DNA from: Acidimicrobiia bacterium
GTDB taxonomy: Bacteria; Actinomycetota; Acidimicrobiia; Spongiisociales; ZC4RG35
Direction of reading: 5' to 3'
Assembly (NCBI GenBank): GCA_041747375.1
Contig: JBGTFH010000057.1
Location: 8,417-72,416, forward strand
Length of the DNA: 64,000 bases
A program made the position numbers and the translations under genes. The notes beneath the pieces were generated by a model that was not told the DNA's origin, ran no database searches, and saw only the letters and a list, made by a program, of their open reading frames with translations. How positions within the stretch are numbered: position 1 is the first letter of the stretch; each line of letters opens with the position of its first letter. Below are positions 19,381-28,830 of this stretch, one piece after another.

Positions 19381-19779
19381 TCAGACGTGGGACCGGGCCC
19401 GGACCATGACGCAGGCCTCGGCAACCCAGTCGAAGTCCCCTTCCCCGAGGGCAGAGCGGAATTCTGACGAGAACGCCCCAGGTTGGACCCAGATGTTCTT
19501 GATTCCAGCTGCCTTGCACTCGGCGAGAACACGCACTCCGCGTGGTGCCGGGACCACGAACACGGCGATGGTCGGCGTTTCCGGGAGGTCCGCGACAGAG
19601 TGATAGCACGGATCGCCATCAACGGTGTCCCGTCCTGGATTAACCGCGAAGACCTCGAAACCCTTCTTCTTCATATCTCGATAGATGATTCCGCCATATT
19701 TCCCGGGTGAGTCGGTCGCTCCGATAATCGCCAGGGTGGTGCCGGGTTCCAAAAGGGTCGGTGTGAGGTCTTTATTCAT
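19381..19779 (-). CDS. CoA-binding domain protein (YccU/YneT-like)
   Basis: TLAIIGATDSPGKYGG ... VFAVNP ... VWVQPGA pattern. Start taken at the ATG at 19779 (MNKDLTP). Confidence 0.8.
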   Translation of the reverse strand: MNKDLTPTLLEPGTTLAIIGATDSPGKYGGIIYRDMKKKGFEVFAVNPGRDTVDGDPCYHSVADLPETPTIAVFVVPAPRGVRVLAECKAAGIKNIWVQPGAFSSEFRSALGEGDFDWVAEACVMVRARSHV

Positions 19780-19864
19780 CAATACGGGAAACACCCGGCG
19801 GCGACGGATTGTTCCCGACGGCAAAGAGCGGGGCGGGCCACTCGAGGCTCGTTAGCATCGCAGT

Positions 19865-21364
19865 GTGGAACCAATCATTATCGATGGGGGCCCGCTCACC
19901 CCACAACAGGTCGTGGCAGTTGCCCTGGACCGGGTTCCGGTCACAACAGGGCCCCAATTGGCCGAGCGGATGGCGCCAGCGAGAGACCTCGTCGATCGGG
20001 CCGTGGAAACGGGCGAGACGGTCTACGGGATCACCACAGGTTTCGGTGCCCTGGCCACGACCCACATCGGAAGAGATGATTCGGAGGCCCTCCAGTACAA
20101 CCTGATCCGATCTCACGCCACCGGCGTTGGGGATCCCGTCCCCGACACGCTGGTCAGGGCGATGTTGTTGCTACGCGCCCGGACGCTTGCACAGGGCCAC
20201 TCCGGTGTCAGACCTGTGGTGGTCGAAAAGCTACTGGATATGCTCAACAGGAACATTCTCCCCTTGATACCCGGCCAGGGATCTGTTGGGGCGTCGGGCG
20301 ACCTGGCGCCGTTCGCCCACATGGCATTGCCGCTGATCGGCGAGGGTTACGTGAGGGCAGGCGACCAGGTGTTGCCAACGTCCGATACCGATCTCGTCCC
20401 CTTAGAACTAAAAACCAAAGAGGGTCTGGCGTTGCTCAACGGGACCGAGGGGATGTCTGCGATGGGCGTCCTCGCCCTCCATCAGGCCCGAATCCTCGTT
20501 GAGGCCGCCGACGTTGCCTGCTCCCTCAGTGTCGAAGCCTTGATGGGGAGCTCGCGTCCATTCCGGCCCGAAGTCCACGCCCTCAGGCCCCACCCCGGCC
20601 AGGTTTCCAGCGCCGCCCGAATCGCTGCTCTGATCTCTGGTTCTGAAATCGGTTCCAGCCACGCCGGCGACTTTGACCATGCCGTCCAAGACGCCTATTC
20701 GCTGCGTTGCGCTCCCCAGGTCCACGGGGCCGTCAGCGACACCCTCGACCACATGGAGGCTGTACTCATCCGAGAACTGGGTTCTGTGGTCGATAATCCG
20801 ATCGTCTTTCCCGCTAGCAACGAGGTGATCTCCGGAGGCAACTTCCATGGCCAGCCACTTGCTTTCGTTCTCGACTTTGCGGGGATCGCAGTGGCCGAGC
20901 TCGGTTCTATATCCGAGCGACGCACCGACCGGATCCTCGATCCGGCGCGCTCGGGCGGGCTCCCGGCATTCCTCGCTGCCAATCCTGGCCTTGATTCCGG
21001 CTACATGATCAGCCAATACGTGCAGGCGGCCCTGGTGGCAGAGAACAAGGTCCTCGTTCATCCGGCCTCCGTGGAGTCGATTCCTACCTCGGGGAGCCAG
21101 GAAGACCACGTCTCGATGGGTTGGGGAGCAGGAAAGAAGTTGTTCCCAATCCTGGACAATGTTCGCCGTGTGTTGGCGATCGAGGTCATCTGCGCCGTCC
21201 AAGGCGTCGAATATCGCGGGCCCTTGCTTCCCGGACCGGGAACCGCCCGGATCATGGGACTGGTCCGGGACGTGGTACCAACTCTTTCTGAGGATCGTTC
21301 TCCTTCAGCAGAGATAGAGGCGGTCGCTCGAATGATCGCCGATGGACAGATCAGGGCAACCTGA
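19865..21364 (+). CDS. hutH: histidine ammonia-lyase
   Basis: 499-aa ORF with MIO-forming GSVGASGDLAP motif. Confidence 0.95.
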   Translation: MEPIIIDGGPLTPQQVVAVALDRVPVTTGPQLAERMAPARDLVDRAVETGETVYGITTGFGALATTHIGRDDSEALQYNLIRSHATGVGDPVPDTLVRAMLLLRARTLAQGHSGVRPVVVEKLLDMLNRNILPLIPGQGSVGASGDLAPFAHMALPLIGEGYVRAGDQVLPTSDTDLVPLELKTKEGLALLNGTEGMSAMGVLALHQARILVEAADVACSLSVEALMGSSRPFRPEVHALRPHPGQVSSAARIAALISGSEIGSSHAGDFDHAVQDAYSLRCAPQVHGAVSDTLDHMEAVLIRELGSVVDNPIVFPASNEVISGGNFHGQPLAFVLDFAGIAVAELGSISERRTDRILDPARSGGLPAFLAANPGLDSGYMISQYVQAALVAENKVLVHPASVESIPTSGSQEDHVSMGWGAGKKLFPILDNVRRVLAIEVICAVQGVEYRGPLLPGPGTARIMGLVRDVVPTLSEDRSPSAEIEAVARMIADGQIRAT

Positions 21365-21366
21365 CG

Positions 21367-22554
21367 GTGACCGACCTTCTGCTTGCCGGCATCGGTCAAC
21401 TGGTCACCAATCGGGGGGAACCGCTGCGTAATGCTGCGATCGCTATCGAAGGTGAAACCATCACCTACGTCGGCAACGAGGCCGATGCCCCCGCGGTGGG
21501 AAACGGAATTTTCATCCATTGCGAAGGTGCCGCGGTTCTGCCGGGATTTGTCGATTCACACACACATCTGATATTCGCCGGCGATCGTTCGGACGAGTTC
21601 TCGCGCCGGCTCGCCGGTGAAAGCTATCGCCAGATTGCCAGTGACGGAGGAGGAATTCTCTCCACGGTCGCAGCGACAAGAGCAGCCAGCGAAGAGCATC
21701 TTTTTGGCCTCGCTGCCACGAGAGCGTGGAGGATGATCCGCAGCGGGACCACCACCATCGAGATCAAATCGGGTTATGGCCTTGACCTGGAAACAGAGTT
21801 ACGGCTCCTCCGCGTGGCCCGCCGACTCGGTGATGACCTCCCGATTACGGTGCGGACCACGTTCCTCGGTGCCCACTCGATCCCGCCCGAGTACCGGAAC
21901 GACCGTTCCGGCTACATCGACCTGGTGGTGGAGCGGATGCTCCCCGAGGTCGCGGCCCTCGCCGACTACTGCGATGTCTTTGTCGAGGAAGGAGTTTTCG
22001 GAATCGACGAAGCCCGGAGGGTCTTTTCCTCGGCGGCCGGGTTCGGGCTCGGTGCCCGGGTTCACGCCGAGCAACTGTCCCGTTTCGGCGGAGCCCGGCT
22101 GGCAGCTGAAATCGGTGCGAGCAGCGCCGACCACCTTGACCATGCCACGCCGGACGACGCACGTGCCATGGCCAGTGCGGGGACCAGCGCTGTTCTCGTG
22201 CCGGGGGCGAGTTATACCCTGCGATCGACGCAGGCTCCGGGGCCGATGTTCCTCGATGCGGGTTGTAACGTCGCTCTGGCGACGGACTGCAACCCGGGCA
22301 CGTCGTATTTCGAGGCTATGGGGGCGATCATTTCGCTAGCGGTTGTCCAGATGGGCCTGTCCGTCGACCAGGCTATCGACGCCGCAACCAGGGGCGGGGC
22401 GGTGTCACTGGGACTTGACGATCGAGGGGTTGTCGAATCCGGCGCCAGAGCTGACCTGATTGTCCTGGATGCTCCCACCGTGGCACATATCCCCTACCGC
22501 CCGGCGACCAATCTCGTCGCCACAGTGATCTCAGGTGGTGTTGTTATCCGTTGA
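21367..22554 (+). CDS. hutI: imidazolonepropionase
   Basis: 395-aa ORF with PGFVDSHTHLIFAG and ADHLDH amidohydrolase motifs. Lies 2 nt after hutH. Confidence 0.9.
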   Translation: MTDLLLAGIGQLVTNRGEPLRNAAIAIEGETITYVGNEADAPAVGNGIFIHCEGAAVLPGFVDSHTHLIFAGDRSDEFSRRLAGESYRQIASDGGGILSTVAATRAASEEHLFGLAATRAWRMIRSGTTTIEIKSGYGLDLETELRLLRVARRLGDDLPITVRTTFLGAHSIPPEYRNDRSGYIDLVVERMLPEVAALADYCDVFVEEGVFGIDEARRVFSSAAGFGLGARVHAEQLSRFGGARLAAEIGASSADHLDHATPDDARAMASAGTSAVLVPGASYTLRSTQAPGPMFLDAGCNVALATDCNPGTSYFEAMGAIISLAVVQMGLSVDQAIDAATRGGAVSLGLDDRGVVESGARADLIVLDAPTVAHIPYRPATNLVATVISGGVVIR

Positions 22555-23860
22555 CTGGCCCGGGGGAGGGTGCTGGGGAATGAATGATCGACGGCGTATC
22601 AAGAGCGGCATCGAGGTGGGCAACCCCTTCCATCGTCTCGTTGACGGGCGTATCGGGATCACCAATTGCCCTTACCAACACGAAACAGAACAAACCGCCG
22701 ACGGCGAACGCAAGACTCAGAGGCACAACGGTCCCGTCAAATAGTCGGTCGATGAAGGCTCCGATCATTGCCGCCAAACCTGTCGAAACGGTACCGATGA
22801 GGGCCGATGCAATCCCCGCCACCGCGCCCATCGGGGCCATTGCCAGAGTATTCAGATTCGGTATCAGAATCGATTGGAACAGAACTATCACCCCCAACGA
22901 CAAGGTGAATACCCAGAACCCCGGCGCCCCGCCGGCGAGCAAGACCACGGACGCGAGAGAAAGGGAAGCCAGAAAATACCCGAGGATCATCGTCTTGATC
23001 AGTCCCCTGACTCCGTATCGACCCACGAGCCAGCCGTTGATGAACATCCCCACCGCCATAACCAGGGCAATAGACCCGAAGATGAGCGGGAATTGCGGAT
23101 CACGATCGAACACCTCCGAAAAGATCAACTCAGAACTGGCGATATACGACAGAAACACCCCGAATAACAGTGTCATGGTGAGCGTAGACAGCACCGTAAC
23201 CCTGTTGGACAGCACGATTTTCGCTGATTCCATTACGGCCCGCCTGCCAATACTCCTCCGTCTGCCCGGGGGCAACGACTCCGGTAGCCGGATCGACCAG
23301 ACACCGATCAGGATGGCGATCACGAGTGCAACCGCGAAAGTACCCCGCCACCCGACTACATCGGTCAGGGCGGCGCCGATACTGGGGGCGACTGCCGGGA
23401 CGAGGATGAACACTCCCAGGATGAATGACATCAACCTCGCCATCTCCGCACCTTCATAAATATCTCTAACGATCGAAAGCGTCAGGACCCGCGGCCCGGC
23501 ACCTCCCAGGCCCCAGACAAATCGAGCGACGAGAAGGACGGCAAAGGAAGGGGCGAGCACCGAAGCCAGGCCCCCAATGACGTACAGGACGATTCCGGCA
23601 TACAGAAGGGGTTTGCGGCCAAATCGATCAGAGAGGATTCCGTAGACCAATTGGGAAGCCGCCAGACCGAGGATGTAGGCCGTGACCAATCCGGCCACCG
23701 CCGTAGAGTCTGGCGACATCCCGAATGATTCGCGAATGGCTCCCATCGCCGGGAGTATCAGGTCGACGCCAAGCGCCGCGATCGACATCAAGAACGCCAT
23801 CAATGATATGAATTCGCCCCGTCCGAGACGGGGTGGAAGAACGGCGCTGGCAGATGGCAT
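22544..23860 (-). CDS. MFS transporter (Bcr/CflA-like drug:H+ antiporter family)
   Basis: 438-aa ORF, about 12 TM helices, with LSDRFGRKP motif A. Confidence 0.85.
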   Translation of the reverse strand: MPSASAVLPPRLGRGEFISLMAFLMSIAALGVDLILPAMGAIRESFGMSPDSTAVAGLVTAYILGLAASQLVYGILSDRFGRKPLLYAGIVLYVIGGLASVLAPSFAVLLVARFVWGLGGAGPRVLTLSIVRDIYEGAEMARLMSFILGVFILVPAVAPSIGAALTDVVGWRGTFAVALVIAILIGVWSIRLPESLPPGRRRSIGRRAVMESAKIVLSNRVTVLSTLTMTLLFGVFLSYIASSELIFSEVFDRDPQFPLIFGSIALVMAVGMFINGWLVGRYGVRGLIKTMILGYFLASLSLASVVLLAGGAPGFWVFTLSLGVIVLFQSILIPNLNTLAMAPMGAVAGIASALIGTVSTGLAAMIGAFIDRLFDGTVVPLSLAFAVGGLFCFVLVRAIGDPDTPVNETMEGVAHLDAALDTPSIIHSPAPSPGPVNG

Positions 23861-23919
23861 CGACCTATTGTGGCAGGAATATGTAAGGGGTCAAATAAGG
23901 TATGGTGCCTACGGGCGAG

Positions 23920-24759
23920 CTACCTGACTCGATACCACCAGGTGGGCAGGCCAATCGCCGCCTCGCCCGGCGTAACCAGGACTCCAGGACACTCAGCGAC
24001 ATCGGCCACTATCCGGGATAAGAACCCCGAAGTCGGCCCGATGACGGATGCGTCCACGGGAGTGCCACATCGAATCATCTCTACCCCTACCCAGACAAAT
24101 TCCCACGGCTCAGGGTTCGGGCCCTGGGCACTTACGTCATCGGGGTATGAGGGGACAAACCCGAAACGCTTCGCGTTGTGGAAGTTGTCCTTTTCCAGCC
24201 AGGCATAACCCGGCGTCTCCCGGAACTCGCCGAAGGTGCCATCGGGATAAATGAAGTCGAGCGCATACCCGCTGTGATGTTTTGAGGTGCCCGGAAGCGA
24301 ATACCACCGGAGGGCAGCATTGATTGCCTCATCGCTGGTACCTGCGAGTTTCGAGATGAAGAGATTTCGTTGCCGGTCGGGAGACCGGTATGCCGACAGC
24401 ACGATGAACGGCAAGCCGGCCTCACGCGCTGCCGCTTTCAACTGTTTCCAAGCTGACGCGGCCTCAGGTTGCATGGGTATTCCATCCGCCCGCACCAGTC
24501 CATCCGACGCCACGGGACGAAGTACGTAGCCCCGTTGAAATGCCATCGACCAGATGCGGTCGTCGAGTTCCTCGTCTCCGGTAACCGGGGTTCTGCCTAC
24601 AGGTTGGTTGAGCCCGGGAAGCCTGTGGCGAACGGCAAAGTCGTACATCTCCTTGAATTCATCTCCGGTATAGACCGGGAAATCGGACACGTCGGCCCGG
24701 GCCGGCAAGGGCGCCGCGAGGAGCCCGACAACGAGAGCAAGAGGAAGGAGGCGACGCAC
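23920..24759 (-). CDS. secreted M15 (VanY-like) D-alanyl-D-alanine carboxypeptidase
   Basis: 279-aa ORF with signal peptide MRRLLPLALVVGLLAAPLPARA, SAYRSPDRQ and SKHHSGYALD zinc-peptidase motifs. Confidence 0.8.
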   Translation of the reverse strand: MRRLLPLALVVGLLAAPLPARADVSDFPVYTGDEFKEMYDFAVRHRLPGLNQPVGRTPVTGDEELDDRIWSMAFQRGYVLRPVASDGLVRADGIPMQPEAASAWKQLKAAAREAGLPFIVLSAYRSPDRQRNLFISKLAGTSDEAINAALRWYSLPGTSKHHSGYALDFIYPDGTFGEFRETPGYAWLEKDNFHNAKRFGFVPSYPDDVSAQGPNPEPWEFVWVGVEMIRCGTPVDASVIGPTSGFLSRIVADVAECPGVLVTPGEAAIGLPTWWYRVR

Positions 24760-24797
24760 CCCAAAACGGTATCCCGTTCAGCGCTCTACCGATAGCT

Positions 24798-24916
24798 TTC
24801 TGTGAACCTCAATTGCGTCCACGCCGCAAATACCCTTCACAAAACGGTATACCAAGCGCCCGCCACGCATTCTGTGAACCTCAATTGCGTCCACGCCGCA
24901 AATACCCTTCACAAAA
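24798..24916. repeat. two identical 47-nt copies (24798-24844, 24870-24916) of a palindromic element, 72-nt period
   Basis: Direct reading: TTCTGTGAACCTCAATTGCGTCCACGCCGCAAATACCCTTCACAAAA occurs twice, separated by a 25-nt spacer. Each copy has nested inverted repeats TGTGAA/TTCACA and TTGCG/CGCAA. Confidence 0.9.
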
Positions 24917-24922
24917 GGGTGG

Positions 24923-26779
24923 CTACCAGGCGCCGCCACCACCGCCACCACCGCCACCACCGCCACCGCTCGAAAAGCCCCCGCCTCCACCGCCGCCACT
25001 CGAGGATGGTGGGGTGAAAGCACCGGAGAGGGCAGACTGGAGTCCGGAAAAGGCGTTCTCGGTGCTGCCTCCGGTGTAGCCGTGGCTTCCATACCAGTAG
25101 ATCGAAGACGACTGTTCCAGAGCTTGCGGGGCATGAAGACGGGCCTGTTCCAGGACTTCTTCGGCGACACCGAACCCGATGGCGTAGACCAGGAACCGGT
25201 CCCAGAGGTCGAGCGAGATCGAAGGCGCTTCTTGCAATCGGGAAAAGTCACGGAGGTACTGACGGAATGCGCTCCATCGCGCAGCCTCCAGTGCTCCAGC
25301 TGCGCTGCGTCTGATCCGCACCCTCCGGAAGCTGATCAGAATAACGGTAGCCAATGCGCCGACGACCAGACCCAATAGCACGAGGGCGGCGATGGTGGCG
25401 CCACCGGGGCGATTTCGCAGAGAAGCCGGCACCAGGAAGAAGGCGCCAATCACCGTGATAACCAGGGCTACGCCCACCAGAACCGCCATCGAAGTTCCCT
25501 GATCATCTATCAGCCCCGAGCTTTTGACGGCCGCTCTGGCCTGCTCCCGGAAAATCTGATATGTCTTGGCATTGGACGTGGCATCTTCGCGGATTGCGGT
25601 CCGGAATTCATGAAGGGGGCGGGGGCCGGTGCTGAGAACCCGCCGGACCACGGTGAGTACTGCTTGCTCGTATTCGGTGAAACCGGTTGTCTCGTTCCCC
25701 ATCGAGAGCGTGAGGTCTGAAATTGTCTCCTTCTTCAAACCCGCCCATGTCACCCTCACGACCTGGGACGGTTCTGCGTTGATGGCTCCCTTTCGAATCA
25801 GATCGAAAAGCGTGGCCGTGAAATCCTTCTCGTCGACACCACCCTGAGTCAGCAATACCCCGACCTCAGCCGGTTCGAGATCCGATGGAGGTTCCTGCTC
25901 ATACTCCCTGTCGTAGTCGATTTTCGGCTCACGCCCGAAATTGAAATAGATGAGGCCACCCAGGCCGAGAAGCGGCAACAGCATCGCAGCGGCACCCCAG
26001 ATCGCACCTGTCCTGGCTGCCCGCGCGGCCTCTTCGGCGTCATCGGCAAACTCGAGTTCCTCGGCCAATATCGTTTCCAGGCGGTCACCTGACAACCGGG
26101 TCGCACCATCCGTCGAGTCGAGTACCGTCGTCGGGAATACCACTCTCATCTCGACCCACTGGTATGGGGGTACCGAGGACGCCGAGAGAGTCGGATTGAC
26201 GTCACCATCCCCCAGCGATGTCTCTCCATTCACCCCGAACGGGTGACCCCACACTCTGACTTCGCCAGGCGATAACCCGTCGGGCAGATGCATACGGGAA
26301 TTGAGGTTGTCGACCCCGACAGACCACTCATCACCCCACACCTTGAGATTCACATCGACGACGTCATCCCAGGCAACCGCGTATCCGACCATCCGGTAGG
26401 AGATTGTGAAAGTGCGCAACTCGTCGCTGGACGAATGGTGCCAAACCACCCGGGCAATGTCAGAGTGAGCTTCGACGCCGTATGTCCCGGGAGGCGAACT
26501 ACAACCGAGGGTCGTGCAGCCACCCAGGACGTAATTGGTCGATTCATCGCGCACCGTGATCGACTCGATCGAACCTCCCCCTGAAAGGGGGATATCCCGG
26601 TAGGCGCCGCTGAATGATCCGGAAAAGTCGTAGGTGATCGTCTCCACGACATTCAGTGAGCCATCGGCATTGACGGTGATGTCGGTGTCGGCATCTGAAA
26701 TCCAGTAGGACTTGGCCAATGCAGGCAGGGCCGGGACAACCAGCAGCAGAAAAACTACCGCAACGAGCAGACGCTTCAC
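24923..26779 (-). CDS. DUF2207-like membrane protein with Gly-rich tail
   Basis: 618-aa ORF. Signal peptide, N-terminal YWISDADTDITVNADGSLNVVETITYDFSGSFSGAYRDIP block, C-terminal TM helices, tail SSGGGGGGGFSSGGGGGGGGGGGGAW. Start shares 1 nt with the LemA stop. Confidence 0.8.
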   Translation of the reverse strand: MKRLLVAVVFLLLVVPALPALAKSYWISDADTDITVNADGSLNVVETITYDFSGSFSGAYRDIPLSGGGSIESITVRDESTNYVLGGCTTLGCSSPPGTYGVEAHSDIARVVWHHSSSDELRTFTISYRMVGYAVAWDDVVDVNLKVWGDEWSVGVDNLNSRMHLPDGLSPGEVRVWGHPFGVNGETSLGDGDVNPTLSASSVPPYQWVEMRVVFPTTVLDSTDGATRLSGDRLETILAEELEFADDAEEAARAARTGAIWGAAAMLLPLLGLGGLIYFNFGREPKIDYDREYEQEPPSDLEPAEVGVLLTQGGVDEKDFTATLFDLIRKGAINAEPSQVVRVTWAGLKKETISDLTLSMGNETTGFTEYEQAVLTVVRRVLSTGPRPLHEFRTAIREDATSNAKTYQIFREQARAAVKSSGLIDDQGTSMAVLVGVALVITVIGAFFLVPASLRNRPGGATIAALVLLGLVVGALATVILISFRRVRIRRSAAGALEAARWSAFRQYLRDFSRLQEAPSISLDLWDRFLVYAIGFGVAEEVLEQARLHAPQALEQSSSIYWYGSHGYTGGSTENAFSGLQSALSGAFTPPSSSGGGGGGGFSSGGGGGGGGGGGGAW

Positions 26780-27324
26780 TAGAAGCTGACTTGGGGGGCT
26801 TCCTGGGCCTCGGGACCACCCTCGAAGAACTCGCGCGCGTCAAAGCCCGTGATCCCGGCGACGATATTGGTCGGCACCTGTTGGACCTTGTTGTTGTAGG
26901 TCAGCACGGTGTCGTTGTAGATCTGACGGCTGACCGCAATCTTGTTCTCTGTCTCACCGAGGTCTGCCTGCAGCGAGGCGAAGTTCTCTGAAGCTCTGAG
27001 CTCGGGATAGGCCTCGGCGACGGCGAACAGTTGGCGCAAAGCAGAGGTGAGGAAGTTCTCCGCGCCGGCTTGTTCCGCCGGGCCACTCGCAGCCTGGGCC
27101 CCCGCTCGCGCCTGAGTCACCTGCTCGAATGTGTCCTTTTCATGCGACGCATACCCTTTGACCGTTTCGACGAGATTCGGGATGAGGTCATAACGGCGTT
27201 TCAACTGCACCTCTACCTGGCCCCATGCGTTGTCGACGCGGTTGCGCAGCTTTACGAGGCTGTTGTAGATCGTGAGGATGACCACGAGTAGCAGGACGAC
27301 GATTCCGACGATTATCCAAGGCAT
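26779..27324 (-). CDS. lemA: LemA family protein
   Basis: 181-aa ORF with N-terminal TM helix and [37 protein letters not shown]. Confidence 0.9.
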   Translation of the reverse strand: MPWIIVGIVVLLLVVILTIYNSLVKLRNRVDNAWGQVEVQLKRRYDLIPNLVETVKGYASHEKDTFEQVTQARAGAQAASGPAEQAGAENFLTSALRQLFAVAEAYPELRASENFASLQADLGETENKIAVSRQIYNDTVLTYNNKVQQVPTNIVAGITGFDAREFFEGGPEAQEAPQVSF

Positions 27325-27432
27325 GGCGCCAGTCTAAGTGGGCGCCGGGTGGTCATGCGGCTTTGATGATGTGGCTGGAGCGCAACGGTCGTCGCGCCAC
27401 TAGCCTCGTCTCTGAAGCTACCTAGAGGTCAA

Positions 27433-28158
27433 ATGAGTCTGTCCACCACTTCCACAACATTGAACGAGCTCCTTGGCTTGTCGTTCGAGCCGGTAGCCAT
27501 CACGTTTCTGACTTCCGACTCAACGAACGGAGTTCCCCGGTTTGACGCGCCAATGTCGGAGCCCACCGAAGATGGGCGGACTGGCCGGGTGGCCGCCCCT
27601 TGCGTGTTCTGGACCCATGGTCACACGTCGACGTTCGACACGGCAGCCGACGACCATGGCAATTGCTCCGTCGGCCGGTACACACATGGCTTTGTTGAGG
27701 CCGGTGAAATTCTCGACAAATCCGACGTTGGCGCCCTACTCGATGTGGGTTGGGTCACGATGGAAGCCTTCTCTGGGGTTGCCGCTCTTCAGGCCCGGCC
27801 GACCGGCGTCCGCTACGGGCCTCTTTCGGAAGCGACCGCCCTACCGGACGTGGTCTTGTTGCGGGTCACTCCGAAACAGATGATGGCGATAAATGACGCC
27901 GTCGAGGTCGAATGGTCGGGAAAGCCACAGTGTCAGATCCTGCCGCGGGCCGCCGAGACAGGCGTGATAGCTGCCTCCATGGGCTGCGCCCTCTCCAGGG
28001 CAAGGACCGGGATGGGCGATGACGAGCTCACGGTGGCTGTGCCCGGCAACAGAATCGAAGAACTGGCAACTGCTTTGCAGCCGGTCAGCGTCGCCGATGC
28101 TGCCGTAATGGGTTACGCAACTGCCGACATGGAACGGTTCCAGGCCCAATCTTCCTGA
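27433..28158 (+). CDS. DUF169-like protein
   Basis: 241-aa ORF. EPVAITF start and conserved-Cys pattern (PCVFW, GNCSVG, KPQCQ, MGCALSR) are reminiscent of DUF169/COG2043. By eye only. Confidence 0.5.
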   Translation: MSLSTTSTTLNELLGLSFEPVAITFLTSDSTNGVPRFDAPMSEPTEDGRTGRVAAPCVFWTHGHTSTFDTAADDHGNCSVGRYTHGFVEAGEILDKSDVGALLDVGWVTMEAFSGVAALQARPTGVRYGPLSEATALPDVVLLRVTPKQMMAINDAVEVEWSGKPQCQILPRAAETGVIAASMGCALSRARTGMGDDELTVAVPGNRIEELATALQPVSVADAAVMGYATADMERFQAQSS

Positions 28159-28176
28159 CGTCCCGTCCTTCGCTGG

Positions 28177-28830
28177 TTAGCGCGGCGGAGGTGAAAGCGA
28201 GTCGACCGCGCTCTCCCAATCGTCGGGGAAGCTGGCGGATGAGTCCCGCGACATGAGCCTCAGGTAGAGGTCCGACGCGCTTGCCTCGATCGTATGGATT
28301 GGGTCGCCGTGACCGTAGCTCCACGTCTTGCCCATATCGGTGGCGACCACCTTGATCGGCGCAAGATCTCCGAGATGTGGCATCCACATGTCGGGGAACT
28401 CGTCGAGCCCGGCTGCAACAACCTCGTCGAGTAGAGGAAGTGGGCGTCCATACGCCTGCTCGGCATCCCAACGGTGTACACCGACTTCGATCATCATCCG
28501 ATCGACCCAGAATCCGACGTTGGGACCCGGTCCGAACCCCCACACGGGGATTTCGGGGTTCGAAGCCCTCAGAACATCGCACATGGTCCCGAGACTCGAC
28601 GAGAACCAATCGAGAGCATCCCCGCCTTCCTCCATTTTCGGCGAGATAGGGCGTTCCTGAAGACGATCCCGGACGATCATGGTGGTTCGCCCCAACACCG
28701 ACCCGGTGTGAGACAGCAGGTCCGACATCGTCCAACCTGGATACTGGGGAACCTGACGGTGTACGTCCTGTCGGGCAACTGCAAGGAGCCTGTCGCCCTC
28801 AGAAGAAATCAGGTCGATTGAATCACCCAA
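28177..28830 (-). CDS. mycothiol-dependent maleylpyruvate isomerase N-terminal (DinB_2/TIGR03083-like) family protein
   Basis: [31 protein letters not shown] pattern. The listed ORF start at 28890 overlaps sucD by 68 nt; the TTG at 28830 gives an 8-nt overlap. Start is uncertain. Confidence 0.7.
   Translation of the reverse strand: MGDSIDLISSEGDRLLAVARQDVHRQVPQYPGWTMSDLLSHTGSVLGRTTMIVRDRLQERPISPKMEEGGDALDWFSSSLGTMCDVLRASNPEIPVWGFGPGPNVGFWVDRMMIEVGVHRWDAEQAYGRPLPLLDEVVAAGLDEFPDMWMPHLGDLAPIKVVATDMGKTWSYGHGDPIHTIEASASDLYLRLMSRDSSASFPDDWESAVDSLSPPPR

Noticed and set aside
19865-22554. hutH-hutI adjacent without hutU or hutG/hutF as a pathway anomaly
   Set aside because: Hut genes are frequently dispersed in several loci. 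Absence from a 64-kb window says nothing about absence from the genome.
24798-24916. CRISPR array. The same question was asked of 52848-52979
   Set aside because: There are only two repeat copies. The 47-nt repeat with a single 25-nt spacer (or no spacer at all in the nuo case) does not fit CRISPR geometry, and no cas genes are in the window.
24802-25079. Plus-strand ORFs with a repeated VNLNCVHAANTLHK segment, His-Arg runs and a poly-Pro run
   Set aside because: They are translations of the duplicated non-coding element and of the antisense strand of the poly-Gly codon tract of the DUF2207 gene. They are not independent genes.
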